Position numbers and translations under genes: made by a program. Positions 1 through 8,600 of a stretch of 28,612 nucleotides of DNA are shown piece after piece (the first letter of the stretch is position 1; each line of letters starts with the position of its first letter). The notes below the pieces were generated by a model. It had not been told where the DNA came from. It did no database searches and was given only the letters and a program-made list of their open reading frames with translations. Source of the stretch: a virus (taxonomy: Duplodnaviria > Caudoviricetes); the IMG/VR virus record IMGVR_UViG_3300039076_000040, positions 1-28,612 of that record; one strand, 5' to 3'.

Positions 1-2014
1 AATCCTCATCGTTCCAATCTGCAAAGAAGTGACGACCGAACTCATCCTGCGGTGTGAAGTGCATATTATAATGCTGATGCAACTCCAACTCCCACTTACG
101 TCTTGCGAATGAGTTACCGGCTCCCTTGATTGCGTAGTTCGTAGTGATGGCTACCTTGGGTGACTTACTGAATGGTATCTTAATAGCGTCCTTGTTCTTC
201 TTCTCAAGCGTTAGTCCCTCCGTAATGACAGAGAACAATCGCTCGAAGTCAAAGTATCGTTTAACGTCATCAAAGCATAGTATCTGTGTGTCTGCACTAA
301 GTAACTGATATGGGAAAGACTTCTCAAATGCGAACGCCTTACCATCAATCACCACTAGCTTCTTCATTTGACTCAATGCGTTCATGAATAGACCCTTACC
401 CGTACCACCCTCAGGGTTGTCACTGATGACCTCATCGTTTAGGATGACAGCCGGACAGAACGATAGGTTCTTGTACCCGTGCATAAGGAATCCAATCGTG
501 CTCTCCATGGTAGCTACTCGGTACTCATCGTTACCACAGATGTTCGAGATGAATTGAACATAGTCACACTTGTCAGTGATGTCGCAGATGTTAAAGCTTC
601 TATCAATCACGTGTTCCTTCCATACGTATCCACCTAAGTCCAAGTAGTCAATCGTCTTGATCTCTCCCTTGGATATGTGAACAGCGCAATTCCTGTAGTA
701 CAGGTAAGCTGAGTCCTTGGTGTCCTCGATGAAGTAGATATCAATCGTTGCCAACATAGACAAGAACTCTTCCTTAAAGAATCGTGTGTTGTCCGCGAAG
801 TAGTTGTATAGGCTTATGTCGTCAAGGTTAATTAGATAGTCAAGGATAAAGTCCTTTATCTCCTTCTCCGACGTGTGGTCTATCAAGTTGTTCGTTACCT
901 TCACGAACACGTAGTTCTTACCACCTTCCGGGCAGTACTTGTAGAACCCATTGTCTTCCAAGAACTGCTTGAATAGTATGTGTACTACCTTGATGATTCC
1001 CTTGTCGTTCTTTGACCAAAATGTAGAGTTAGCGTTCTCCTCCTCTACCTTGTTCAGAACTGAATCGATTGTCTCCGTATCCAAATGGGAATCTTGTAGT
1101 TGAATACGTATCTCCTTTTTTGAGACACCACGTCTTAGCTTGGCTTTTATTTGGTTTACTCTCTCCTCGTCCTCGTAGTACTTTGTGCCGAAGTTAGCTG
1201 TGTTCTTGTACGCTGAGTCAATTGTCGTTGCAATCTCAGCTAACGTGAAGTCTTTTGTAGCGAACTGATTAAGTACGTACGATGCAAGGCTCTTGTTGAC
1301 ACCGAAGTCATTGAACGCCATCGCTAGGATGTACGCGTTGTGATTGCGTTGTCCCTCAACCATCGGGTGCTTCTTCTCCCACCACTTGATTAGTATCTCG
1401 ACTACCTTGTTCTCATCGGTGATTGGAATGGTAGCCGTGTCTCTAAACTTTGTTACCTCTTGGTACTCAGGTTCCTCGATGATGTCCCATACAGATGAGT
1501 TCTCGTTCACGAAGATTAACGGGTCGTACGACTCGTAGCATACGCGACTAATGTTCTTTGATGTCTTATCGAAGTATGGTGAGTCAAAGTACTTCTCTAG
1601 GCTGTTGAAGTAGTTAGTGTGATTCTCAGGATCCTTAGGAACCTTTACCAATACCTTTAGTCCGTTACCTGATGGTGATATGAACACTGAGTACACGTAC
1701 TTGTTCTTTGAGATTTGCTCCTTGTCCTGAAGTAACTCCTTTTGTTTTTGGTACCCATCGAAGTCCAAGCAGATGAGTCCGCTGTGTTCCACCAAAGAGT
1801 TGTCTGTACGCTTCGTAAAGGTACCACTGAAGCAAACTGCAGGTAAAAGCTTTTTAAGGTCGTTACGCACGTCCTTACGCTTCTCTGTGCGTATCTTCTT
1901 AACCAAGTCCTTGGACGCACCACTCTTCACCCTATCAAGGATGTTCTCTACATCTCGGTAGAAAGGAGTGTCGGTTTCCTTAATATTTTTGAATATTGTT
2001 ATAGTATATGTCAT
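1..2014 (-). CDS. Primase-helicase: N-terminal BT4734/VirE-N-like primase domain, PriCT-like region, C-terminal SF3/D5-like P-loop helicase (3' end runs off the window)
   Basis: Not in the ORF track because it has no stop in the window. Manual translation from ATG 2014 gives MTYTITIFKNIKETDTPFYRDV...KLLPAVCFSGTFTKRTDNSLVEHSGLICLDFDG (VirE-N-like), Walker A NPEGGTGKG, Walker B ILCFDD and motif C AITTN...RR. Confidence 0.85.
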   Translation of the reverse strand, partial: MTYTITIFKNIKETDTPFYRDVENILDRVKSGASKDLVKKIRTEKRKDVRNDLKKLLPAVCFSGTFTKRTDNSLVEHSGLICLDFDGYQKQKELLQDKEQISKNKYVYSVFISPSGNGLKVLVKVPKDPENHTNYFNSLEKYFDSPYFDKTSKNISRVCYESYDPLIFVNENSSVWDIIEEPEYQEVTKFRDTATIPITDENKVVEILIKWWEKKHPMVEGQRNHNAYILAMAFNDFGVNKSLASYVLNQFATKDFTLAEIATTIDSAYKNTANFGTKYYEDEERVNQIKAKLRRGVSKKEIRIQLQDSHLDTETIDSVLNKVEEENANSTFWSKNDKGIIKVVHILFKQFLEDNGFYKYCPEGGKNYVFVKVTNNLIDHTSEKEIKDFILDYLINLDDISLYNYFADNTRFFKEEFLSMLATIDIYFIEDTKDSAYLYYRNCAVHISKGEIKTIDYLDLGGYVWKEHVIDRSFNICDITDKCDYVQFISNICGNDEYRVATMESTIGFLMHGYKNLSFCPAVILNDEVISDNPEGGTGKGLFMNALSQMKKLVVIDGKAFAFEKSFPYQLLSADTQILCFDDVKRYFDFERLFSVITEGLTLEKKNKDAIKIPFSKSPKVAITTNYAIKGAGNSFARRKWELELHQHYNMHFTPQDEFGRHFFADWNDED

Positions 2015-2019
2015 CTTAG

Positions 2020-2145
2020 TGTCGATTTTATGTCGTTTTCAAATTATAAATCCCTTTATAAATAAGGGTTATGTCGATTCTGTCGATTTTTTCTCCTCGT
2101 ATATAAGAATAAAAAAATATTATATATTTAAATATATATATAGTA
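2020..2145. promoter_or_regulatory. Origin-like element A: four TGTCG(A/T) boxes, central palindrome, AT-rich tract
   Basis: Boxes at 2020, 2031, 2072 and 2081; CCCTT-N7-AAGGG lies between the pairs, followed by an (AT)n-rich tract. Immediately upstream of the primase-helicase. Confidence 0.6.
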
Positions 2146-2185
2146 TAGGGAGGGGTCTTTTGCTTTTATTTAATTATTAGGGGTT

Positions 2186-2211
2186 AAAAAAGGGGAGCGT
2201 TAACTCCCCTT
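2186..2211 (-). terminator. Rho-independent terminator after SSB
   Basis: Minus strand AAGGGGAG-TTAACG-CTCCCCTT followed by a T-run. Confidence 0.8.
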
Positions 2212-2232
2212 GACTAATTGATAATCAAATGG

Positions 2233-2532
2233 TTAGAATGGTAATTCATCCTCGTCTTCCTCTGTTACCTGAGGCGTATTACTGACAGACGGCTTCTTAG
2301 ATTCGGCATTTGAGTTGTTTGCCTTGCCCTCGTACGTGTCTAACTCAAGGTATGGGTTACCACTACGACCTGTCTTAGCATCTAGGTTTACCCACCCGTT
2401 CTTCTCGTTCTGACGTAGGAATGCGATAGCCTCGTCTACTTTGATTGATAGTCTACCGATCACGAAGTCCGGTGCATCTTCTCTTCGCTTGAAAATAAAT
2501 CCGTCTGCGAATACTTTTTCTTTTTGTTCCAT
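2233..2532 (-). CDS. ssb: Single-stranded DNA-binding protein (phage type)
   Basis: Small beta-rich domain, disordered linker and acidic C-terminal tail EEDEDELPF, within the recombination/replication operon. Confidence 0.65.
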   Translation of the reverse strand: MEQKEKVFADGFIFKRREDAPDFVIGRLSIKVDEAIAFLRQNEKNGWVNLDAKTGRSGNPYLELDTYEGKANNSNAESKKPSVSNTPQVTEEDEDELPF

Positions 2533-2550
2533 TGTATTTAATTTAATTGA

Positions 2551-2667
2551 TTACTTAAAAAATGTTTGTTGTATCAACGCGCCAACAACTAACGCTATAC
2601 TAATTACTACGACAGCTCCCGTTACATAGAAGGAGAACTCTTCTTTCTGTCCTTGTCTCCAACTCAT
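2551..2667 (-). CDS. Small single-TM membrane protein (38 aa)
   Basis: Manual translation MSWRQGQKEEFSFYVTGAVVVISIALVVGALIQQTFFK; fills the gap between neighbours. Confidence 0.55.
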   Translation of the reverse strand: MSWRQGQKEEFSFYVTGAVVVISIALVVGALIQQTFFK

Positions 2668-2668
2668 C

Positions 2669-2893
2669 TTACCAAGATTGTACGTTTGTTATGCAGTAGT
2701 CACTTCCGGGATGAGCGTTCATCCAATCCCCTTCACTTAGGTAGAACGTCTTGTTGTTACCCGAACAACTATTCCTAATTACTATGGAGTAGTCTGCTAC
2801 GTTATCACTTTGAATTACACCGCAGTTGCAGTTCTCTTTTGTGCAAGACATCATCGTCAATGTGATTCCCACGATTAAAATTAATTTTTTCAT
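2669..2893 (-). CDS. Small Cys-containing lipoprotein
   Basis: Signal peptide MKKLILIVGITLTMMSC with a lipobox Cys, plus four further Cys. Confidence 0.7.
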   Translation of the reverse strand: MKKLILIVGITLTMMSCTKENCNCGVIQSDNVADYSIVIRNSCSGNNKTFYLSEGDWMNAHPGSDYCITNVQSW

Positions 2894-3054
2894 TGTTCTT
2901 GTTGTTTAATTAGTTCAATTGCCTTTTGGAATCCGTGTTTAAATCCATACTCAGTATCATCTTGTGCTGTTGGATATATTGAATGATTCTTAGCAAATTC
3001 TTCAGCCAAATTCTCAATATCAATACTTTCTAACCATTCTACCGCTGTTTTCAT
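2890..3054 (-). CDS. Hypothetical protein, MKTAVEWL...KQQEQ type (54 aa)
   Basis: Manual translation; ATGA overlaps with both neighbours. Confidence 0.65.
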   Translation of the reverse strand: MKTAVEWLESIDIENLAEEFAKNHSIYPTAQDDTEYGFKHGFQKAIELIKQQEQ

Positions 3055-3287
3055 TGTTCTTGTTGTTTAAGTTGTAGCAAATGTTCTTTAACTAAAAACT
3101 CATAATGAAAAGGCAAATCCATTTTAAAGTGTTCAAATACTTCTAAAACTTCTTCCTCACTATACATTTTTTTAGATTGCCATTCAGCACCTGCTATAAA
3201 ATCTTGTTTATGTGCTTCTTGAAAAACAGGAGCAGTACTTCTTTTTGAATATTCCTCAGCAACTTGTTCTATTGTTTTCTCTTTCAT
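3051..3287 (-). CDS. Hypothetical protein (FIAGAEWQ...MYSEEEV motif, ends KQQEQ)
   Basis: ORF track 78 aa; translationally coupled. Confidence 0.7.
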   Translation of the reverse strand: MKEKTIEQVAEEYSKRSTAPVFQEAHKQDFIAGAEWQSKKMYSEEEVLEVFEHFKMDLPFHYEFLVKEHLLQLKQQEQ

Positions 3288-3360
3288 TGTTCTTGTTGTT
3301 TAGTTATCATTTCTATTTAAGATATGTGGTAAAAATTGCCACTTATTCTTGATTGATTTG

Positions 3361-3468
3361 TTAATCATACTCTTCGTTCTTGTACCTCTCCATGATAAAT
3401 CTCCATGACCTAATCATCTTGAGATGTCGTCTGTGCAATATCTTTTGCATTGGCGTTCTTAGTACCAT
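3361..3468 (-). CDS. Small basic hypothetical protein (35 aa)
   Basis: MVLRTPMQKILHRRHLKMIRSWRFIMERYKNEEYD; start overlaps the nuclease stop (TAATG). Confidence 0.4.
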   Translation of the reverse strand: MVLRTPMQKILHRRHLKMIRSWRFIMERYKNEEYD

Positions 3469-4202
3469 TAGTCTAGGGTCTCGTCAATGTAGTGGTTGTC
3501 TACCTCGTCCAACTGATCGTCTCCGAAGTACGTGTCGTACACCTCAATCGCCTTCTCTACTTTTCTCTCACCACCCAACAAGAAGTTCTCTGTTGGTCTG
3601 AAGATTCCCAATTGACCCGTTAGCTTGTCAATCACAAAGAAGATTAACGGCTTACCGAATAGCTGTTGGTAGATGTACGCTTGGCTGTCGTAGTTGTATG
3701 CCTTCGCTGAGTACTTGAACTTATGGATGTCGCTCGTTGTCTTTAGGTCTATGATGACCTCGTCTGTTACGATGTCAGCCTTACCCTTCCACATACGACC
3801 TTTAATCTCTCCGATTGCGGGTTGCTCGTACACATTTCCATCCTTGTATATCTCGTCAAAGAAGTAGATGTTTTGCTTCATGACTGATGCCAATCGCTCC
3901 ATCTCCTCCTTCTCGCTCTGTAGCATACAGAATGGGATGTTGTTCTCTGCGCAATAGTCCTTGTACAACTTTGTGTTGCGCGTAGATGCCTCAACGAAGT
4001 ACGCGACCTCTGCCTTGTCAGGCTCAATCAACAACTGATGAAAGTATCTGCCCTCTGCAAAGTTTTTGTTGTCCTCGCGTGTTACCCCAAACTCCCTTGG
4101 GTTGCGAAGTAAGACACCGATGTCTGAGTTGGATAGGTACTTCTTTCCCTCTCCACCATAGTACTCGTCATCGTTACGTAGGATGTCAATTACGCTCTCC
4201 AT
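3468..4202 (-). CDS. RecE/exonuclease VIII-like PD-(D/E)XK nuclease (DUF3799-like)
   Basis: YLSNSDI, G..FH..L.EP, KGKAD...IIDLKTT and Y.YD.QAYIY motifs; adjacent to the annealing protein. Confidence 0.8.
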   Translation of the reverse strand: MESVIDILRNDDEYYGGEGKKYLSNSDIGVLLRNPREFGVTREDNKNFAEGRYFHQLLIEPDKAEVAYFVEASTRNTKLYKDYCAENNIPFCMLQSEKEEMERLASVMKQNIYFFDEIYKDGNVYEQPAIGEIKGRMWKGKADIVTDEVIIDLKTTSDIHKFKYSAKAYNYDSQAYIYQQLFGKPLIFFVIDKLTGQLGIFRPTENFLLGGERKVEKAIEVYDTYFGDDQLDEVDNHYIDETLD

Positions 4203-4828
4203 TACTTGAACATATTTTGAATCATCTTACGTGACAGAGCTGACAGCAAGTACTTACGACCTATCTGCTTAACTATCTTGTCCTCACCCAACGCCTTGTT
4301 TGCGTTGATGTACTCCTCAATCTTAGCGAACTCAGGTGTGTTCGGTTTAAGGATTGGCAACTGCGGTTCGTCATCCTCTTTCTTCTCACTATCAACCTTC
4401 TTCTTTGACACAGATGGCTTAGCCGTAGTTAACTCAGGCATATCCTCACCTGTCCACAACTGAAGTCCTAGTCCATGCATAGCGATTGCCTTAGCAGTCG
4501 AACGTTGGATAGCCTTGTTCACGTCCATGGACGTTAGCTTGTCTAATCTAATTGACTGATTACGGAAGTCCATGATTGGTAGGTAGTCGATGTTCTCCAT
4601 CCCCTCCACCTCAACACCAACCTTCACGTATGCTGTGTTGCCATCTGTGAAGTAGTTTAGGTTTGTGTCAGGATTCTCATAGATGATTCTCTTTGCTGTT
4701 GGATAGTTCTCCTTAAGAATCTCCCATGCGTAAGACCACGATAGGTACTTGACGTTACCCTTTGTTTCGATTTTTTCTCGGATGTCTACTGAAGACAGCA
4801 CTCCGAATACTGATTTTTGCTTTTCCAT
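4202..4828 (-). CDS. Sak-like (DUF1071, Rad52-type) single-strand annealing protein
   Basis: YLSWSYAW, LPIMDFRN and DVNKAIQRSTAKAIAMHGLGLQLW.GED motifs. Confidence 0.85.
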   Translation of the reverse strand: MEKQKSVFGVLSSVDIREKIETKGNVKYLSWSYAWEILKENYPTAKRIIYENPDTNLNYFTDGNTAYVKVGVEVEGMENIDYLPIMDFRNQSIRLDKLTSMDVNKAIQRSTAKAIAMHGLGLQLWTGEDMPELTTAKPSVSKKKVDSEKKEDDEPQLPILKPNTPEFAKIEEYINANKALGEDKIVKQIGRKYLLSALSRKMIQNMFK

Positions 4829-4846
4829 TTGTATTTGATTTAGTTG

Positions 4847-5143
4847 TTAGATTACTCTGTTAATTGTGTTGATGATTGAGACGATGTCTCTGTCCTCGTT
4901 CATGCGCTGTTGCATCTGCTTAACGCCATGGATGATGGTGGTATGAGATACGGACACACCACGCTCAAGAAGGTATTCTTGGATGGTTGTGTAGCGCATA
5001 TCTCTGTTTACGCATAGGAAGTATAGTAACTGCCTAGCGTCCACAACACTACGCTTCTTGCTCTTAGCGAACATATCTTGCTCACTAATCTCGAATAGCT
5101 TCGTGATTGACTTGATGAATTGATTAAAGATTTGTTTTTTCAT
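4847..5143 (-). CDS. Stand-alone DnaA C-terminal (domain IV)-like HTH protein
   Basis: KSKKRSVVDARQLLYFLC...SHTTIIHGVK matches the DnaA domain IV signature (R...ARQ..MYL...DHTTV.H). ATG 5143 is preferred because the longer start overlaps the promoter. Confidence 0.7.
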   Translation of the reverse strand: MKKQIFNQFIKSITKLFEISEQDMFAKSKKRSVVDARQLLYFLCVNRDMRYTTIQEYLLERGVSVSHTTIIHGVKQMQQRMNEDRDIVSIINTINRVI

Positions 5144-5155
5144 TTGATTTGTTGA

Positions 5156-5163
5156 CAAATATA
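5156..5163 (-). promoter_or_regulatory. Bacteroidota -7 promoter element for the replication/recombination operon
   Basis: Minus strand TATATTTG, 12 nt upstream of ATG 5143. Confidence 0.6.
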
Positions 5164-5178
5164 GTTAATAAGATTGAT

Positions 5179-5406
5179 TTATGTGCAATTGTTTAAACTT
5201 TTTTCGCACTGAAGTAGATCATTGTACTTGACGTACACAAATCCTTCATGGATAATCTTCTTGCAGTTATCCCATTTGTATTCGTGTTGATATTCTACTT
5301 CCATTTCCTTAGCTTTTTGAAATTCATTGAATAGTAAACGCATCCTGTCAACACCTAAACATTGTGTCATGACATCCTCTAAGTACTCTACTGCTGTCTG
5401 TTTCAT
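5179..5406 (-). CDS. Hypothetical protein (MKQTAVE type)
   Basis: ORF track; N-terminus resembles that of 2890..3054. Confidence 0.7.
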   Translation of the reverse strand: MKQTAVEYLEDVMTQCLGVDRMRLLFNEFQKAKEMEVEYQHEYKWDNCKKIIHEGFVYVKYNDLLQCEKSLNNCT

Positions 5407-5549
5407 ATCTCTGTTACTTTAAATTTACCCATGTCATAGCCTCCCTTAATTAGAAGCTCAGACTTCATCCAATATGCTAATGACCTATTGTTAAACGTCC
5501 ACTCTTGGATTACTTTCTTTCCGATTTGATATATTAGCTTGTATCTCAT
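5403..5549 (-). CDS. Hypothetical protein (48 aa)
   Basis: MRYKLIYQIGKKVIQEWTF...; ATGA overlap with the downstream gene. Confidence 0.6.
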   Translation of the reverse strand: MRYKLIYQIGKKVIQEWTFNNRSLAYWMKSELLIKGGYDMGKFKVTEI

Positions 5550-5559
5550 ATCCTATTAT

Positions 5560-5961
5560 TTATCCGTATACTACCTCGCCTAACGCCATGTACTGAAAGC
5601 ACATATCCGATGATATTGCGTCACCTTGCTCGGCTATCTCATCGAACAACGCCCATCCATCGCCCTCGTCTACCATCTTCTGCAGTCCACTCATAATTGA
5701 CTCCTCGTTGATAACTCCGATTGGCTCATCGTTCTCCATGTCCTCTATGTCGTGTATCTCTACACTCACACCCTTGTCAATGATAGCCTTGGCGAATGCG
5801 ACAGAGAAACAATCTTCCTCGTCTACACTCACAGCATCCCGTACCTTTTTATAATTGTCAGGATTGATGTAGTACCAATAGTTGCTACCACCCTCTAACG
5901 CAGTTACGAATATGGTCTCCAATACGTCTCTGCTTACTTCTCTTTGAATGTTAATTTTCAT
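5560..5961 (-). CDS. Acidic hypothetical phage protein (ALEGGSNYW...YMALGEVVYG)
   Basis: ORF track 133 aa, very acidic, in a tight operon. Confidence 0.75.
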   Translation of the reverse strand: MKINIQREVSRDVLETIFVTALEGGSNYWYYINPDNYKKVRDAVSVDEEDCFSVAFAKAIIDKGVSVEIHDIEDMENDEPIGVINEESIMSGLQKMVDEGDGWALFDEIAEQGDAISSDMCFQYMALGEVVYG

Positions 5962-6199
5962 TTGATTTAAATTTTTCGTTATACAATACTAGGCTTATCT
6001 CTAACCACTCTGATATCACCTCTTCCGGTGCATTCGCCTTCATTAAGTTCTCTGTGATGTACCCTACACACTCTAGTGCGCACTCAGTCGCCATGTCAAG
6101 ACTCATCTTCTCTCCTCGCTTGGTCTCTATCTTTAGAAATGAGAAACGTAGGTCGAACACCTTGCGCTCAATTGCTTTTTGTCGCTCAGTTTTTTCCAT
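5951..6199 (-). CDS. Hypothetical protein
   Basis: ORF track; overlaps neighbours in the operon. Confidence 0.65.
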   Translation of the reverse strand: MEKTERQKAIERKVFDLRFSFLKIETKRGEKMSLDMATECALECVGYITENLMKANAPEEVISEWLEISLVLYNEKFKSNEN

Positions 6200-6395
6200 T
6201 GTACAAATGATTTAAGTATTTTTCTTTCTTTCCGGTGAACTTACCATGCCAATCGACTATGGGCTTAACTGATGCTAGTGATGGCGTGTGTACACGTGGT
6301 ACGGGCTTGGCTTCGCATGACTTCAGTACGAACCAAGCTAAGCCGATACCTGCAAATAGGTACACGACTCTTTCTAAATTTCTATTTAGTTGCAT
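6186..6395 (-). CDS. Small membrane protein
   Basis: N-terminal hydrophobic segment VVYLFAGIGLAWFVL. Confidence 0.65.
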   Translation of the reverse strand: MQLNRNLERVVYLFAGIGLAWFVLKSCEAKPVPRVHTPSLASVKPIVDWHGKFTGKKEKYLNHLYNGKN

Positions 6396-6425
6396 TTTAT
6401 TTGATTTAAATTGTTAATAAATATA

Positions 6426-6620
6426 CTACATTTCTCGCACGGGAACAAAGACCTTGATGCCTCTTTCGTTCACCTCATGATCCAATGGGAACGCATCAAA
6501 TGAGTCCATTAAAATTTCCATGAAGACCTCACGTCTCTTGCTTGGTAGGTATAACATTCGGTCAATCACCTCTTGGATTACCTCTTTTCTATTCTGTTCT
6601 GTTAATGGTAGTGTGTACAT
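6426..6620 (-). CDS. Hypothetical protein
   Basis: ORF track; A-rich leader. Confidence 0.6.
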   Translation of the reverse strand: MYTLPLTEQNRKEVIQEVIDRMLYLPSKRREVFMEILMDSFDAFPLDHEVNERGIKVFVPVREM

Positions 6621-6621
6621 A

Positions 6622-6780
6622 TTATTTTGTTTTAGATTCTTTAATACCCGATGCCTCTAGTAACTCTAGGTCATCCTTGTCAATATACTTTGCTAGGCTC
6701 TGTAACTCTATCAACTCGCCTATGCTTATTCTCTCTGCCCTAAGTTCTTGTCTTAGGTACTCTAGTCTCTCGTTATACAT
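6622..6780 (-). CDS. Hypothetical protein (52 aa)
   Basis: MYNERLEYLRQELRAERISIGELIELQSLAKYID...; fills the gap. Confidence 0.65.
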   Translation of the reverse strand: MYNERLEYLRQELRAERISIGELIELQSLAKYIDKDDLELLEASGIKESKTK

Positions 6781-6791
6781 ATTGTTTTGTT

Positions 6792-7010
6792 TTAGTTTAT
6801 ATACTCATCTTGGTCTAACTCCGGCATTCCCTCGTACCAATAGTCCGGGCAGTCAGACTCAGCGAACGTACTCTTACACTCGTAGCAGTCCACGTACTCG
6901 TCCTTCATGCGCACAAGTAATATCGTACCACAATTCCCACAGGTAACCATGTTGATGTTTGCCTTGTATCTTATCTCATCCATGAGATTTAGTTGTTCTC
7001 TTGCTGTCAT
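6792..7010 (-). CDS. Zinc-ribbon protein
   Basis: CGNC...CYEC...DCPD motifs. Confidence 0.7.
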   Translation of the reverse strand: MTAREQLNLMDEIRYKANINMVTCGNCGTILLVRMKDEYVDCYECKSTFAESDCPDYWYEGMPELDQDEYIN

Positions 7011-7032
7011 GTTGTTTCGTTTATTTCGTTTA

Positions 7033-7548
7033 TTAAAGTACTCTGTTTCTTATTAACTCAAGGAAGTGAGGCTCTGATACCAACTCCTCAATCGTCTCAT
7101 ACGCCTTGCCAAGATAATTGTATCGGTAGTTTAGTTTAACACCTCGTGAGTATGTGTTCCCGAATGAATCGTTCACGTCATTTTTCTTAATGATTACAAC
7201 CTCTACATTTACACAATCCTCGTGGTGTGTTGATGAACGCTCATCTCGTCTAATGAGTACACTCGGTAGGTCGTAGAAACGATTCTCTTTACCATACTTT
7301 TGAACTGATGCCCTAGGTAAGTCTGCTTGGAATAGCTTTACTAAACGTCTTGCCTCTTCGTTCGCAATTTCATCCCACGCTAACGACTCTGCTTCTTCTT
7401 GTAGCTTGTATCGTTTGATTTCATTTGTCTTATCTTTCAGCGCATCCACGTTGATTAGACTGAACGTCGTACTTGGTTTGTGCATTGCCTCAATTCTATT
7501 GAACTCGTTTACTAATGCATCAATGATTTGTTGTTGGTTAGTTGTCAT
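7033..7548 (-). CDS. Hypothetical protein
   Basis: ORF track 171 aa. Confidence 0.75.
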   Translation of the reverse strand: MTTNQQQIIDALVNEFNRIEAMHKPSTTFSLINVDALKDKTNEIKRYKLQEEAESLAWDEIANEEARRLVKLFQADLPRASVQKYGKENRFYDLPSVLIRRDERSSTHHEDCVNVEVVIIKKNDVNDSFGNTYSRGVKLNYRYNYLGKAYETIEELVSEPHFLELIRNRVL

Positions 7549-7727
7549 TTTGTTTTGTTTTTTAGGTAGTTATTAATTTTAATTATCATCTTCTCGTACG
7601 ATGTCTCCGTGTCCAAGTGACTGAACGTCCCGAATATCGCCTCATCGAATAGGTAGGCAACTGATGTTGTTGCCCCACCTTCTTGCATGGTCTCAATTAT
7701 CTTGAATCCTTTATACATTGCTTCCAT
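7545..7727 (-). CDS. Hypothetical protein
   Basis: ORF track; ATGA overlap. Confidence 0.6.
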   Translation of the reverse strand: MEAMYKGFKIIETMQEGGATTSVAYLFDEAIFGTFSHLDTETSYEKMIIKINNYLKNKTK

Positions 7728-7741
7728 TGTCGTTTAGTTTA

Positions 7742-8101
7742 TTAAAGTTCTGCAGTAAATTCACAATATCCTTGTACGTTTAGGCATTCAAGTATCTTTT
7801 GCCCTAGCTTGTAGTCTGCGTAGTCACGTAGTTTTCTTGAATCAATACCATTCTCAGTTAACATATCATCGCTATACGAGGTATTCGCATTGAAGAAATT
7901 TTCCAACTTTTGTAGATCTTCGCCTAACGCCTTTTCTATTCTCTTTAATTCAGACTCAATACCTTGCTTGTCATCTTCACAGAACAAATACTCTATGTAA
8001 TCCGGAACTCGTCCCGTTACACCAAATCTATCTGCTGAGTTACTTGGTTGGACGGCAAACCAAAATTTGCCGTCTATGTCACCACTATAATATCTTCCCA
8101 T
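7742..8101 (-). CDS. Phage hypothetical protein (MGRYYSGDIDGKFWFAVQPS)
   Basis: ORF track 119 aa with an A-rich leader. Confidence 0.75.
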   Translation of the reverse strand: MGRYYSGDIDGKFWFAVQPSNSADRFGVTGRVPDYIEYLFCEDDKQGIESELKRIEKALGEDLQKLENFFNANTSYSDDMLTENGIDSRKLRDYADYKLGQKILECLNVQGYCEFTAEL

Positions 8102-8113
8102 GTTTTCTATTTT

Positions 8114-8290
8114 TTAGTTGTTTAATATTTCTTCTAGTCTAAATTCATCTTCATTGTATGGAATCTCTCCATTAGCCTCTCTCTCGGCATTGGTTTCTTG
8201 TAGCCATTTGTGAAAATTACTTGTCGTAATTTCATACTCATCTTTACCTCCATATAGTTGGTCGATGTAATATACATTGTACATTGTCAT
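8114..8290 (-). CDS. Acidic hypothetical protein (58 aa)
   Basis: MTMYNVYYIDQLYGGKDEYEITTSNFHKWL...; flanked by identical 18-bp leaders. Confidence 0.6.
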   Translation of the reverse strand: MTMYNVYYIDQLYGGKDEYEITTSNFHKWLQETNAEREANGEIPYNEDEFRLEEILNN

Positions 8291-8314
8291 GTTTTCTATT
8301 TTTTAAAGTTTAAA

Positions 8315-8599
8315 TTAATTATTGTATTCGTTTCCCTCTGCATCGTACCACTCGTCGTCAATATCGTAGAAGTCCCACTCCGTGTAGTAGTACATATCTT
8401 CCCGGTAGAAGTAGTTCATCAACTCTGCATCGTCCTCAATATCTTTTGAACGTTTGCCGTTTGAATCCTCCCAATCTAATCCACGTAGGTGGTCAATTAG
8501 GTGTTTCTCTTCGCTGAAGCATAGTTCTCCGTCACCGAATACGTATCCTTCGTTCATGCCTTTTCCCGTAGCATCACAACGTCTTGCAAATTTTTCCAT
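8315..8599 (-). CDS. Acidic hypothetical protein (ARRCDATGKGMNEGY...YYTEW)
   Basis: ORF track 94 aa. Confidence 0.75.
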   Translation of the reverse strand: MEKFARRCDATGKGMNEGYVFGDGELCFSEEKHLIDHLRGLDWEDSNGKRSKDIEDDAELMNYFYREDMYYYTEWDFYDIDDEWYDAEGNEYNN

Positions 8600-8600
8600 T

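Larger units (their letters stand above)
2888..3302 (-). repeat. Three identical 21-bp gene-junction repeats TAAACAACAAGAACAATGAAA (KQQEQ-stop overlapping next ATG)
   Basis: Plus strand TTTCATTGTTCTTGTTGTTTA at 2888, 3049 and 3282. Confidence 0.9.

Noticed and set aside
1344-2180. Short ORFs 1344-1538, 1657-1923, 1773-1961 and 1968-2180
   Set aside because: They overlap the primase-helicase or the origin-like element, and several use non-ATG starts.
2888-3302. 21-bp repeats as a mini-CRISPR
   Set aside because: The spacers are 140-212 bp complete ORFs, and the repeat is non-palindromic and coding.
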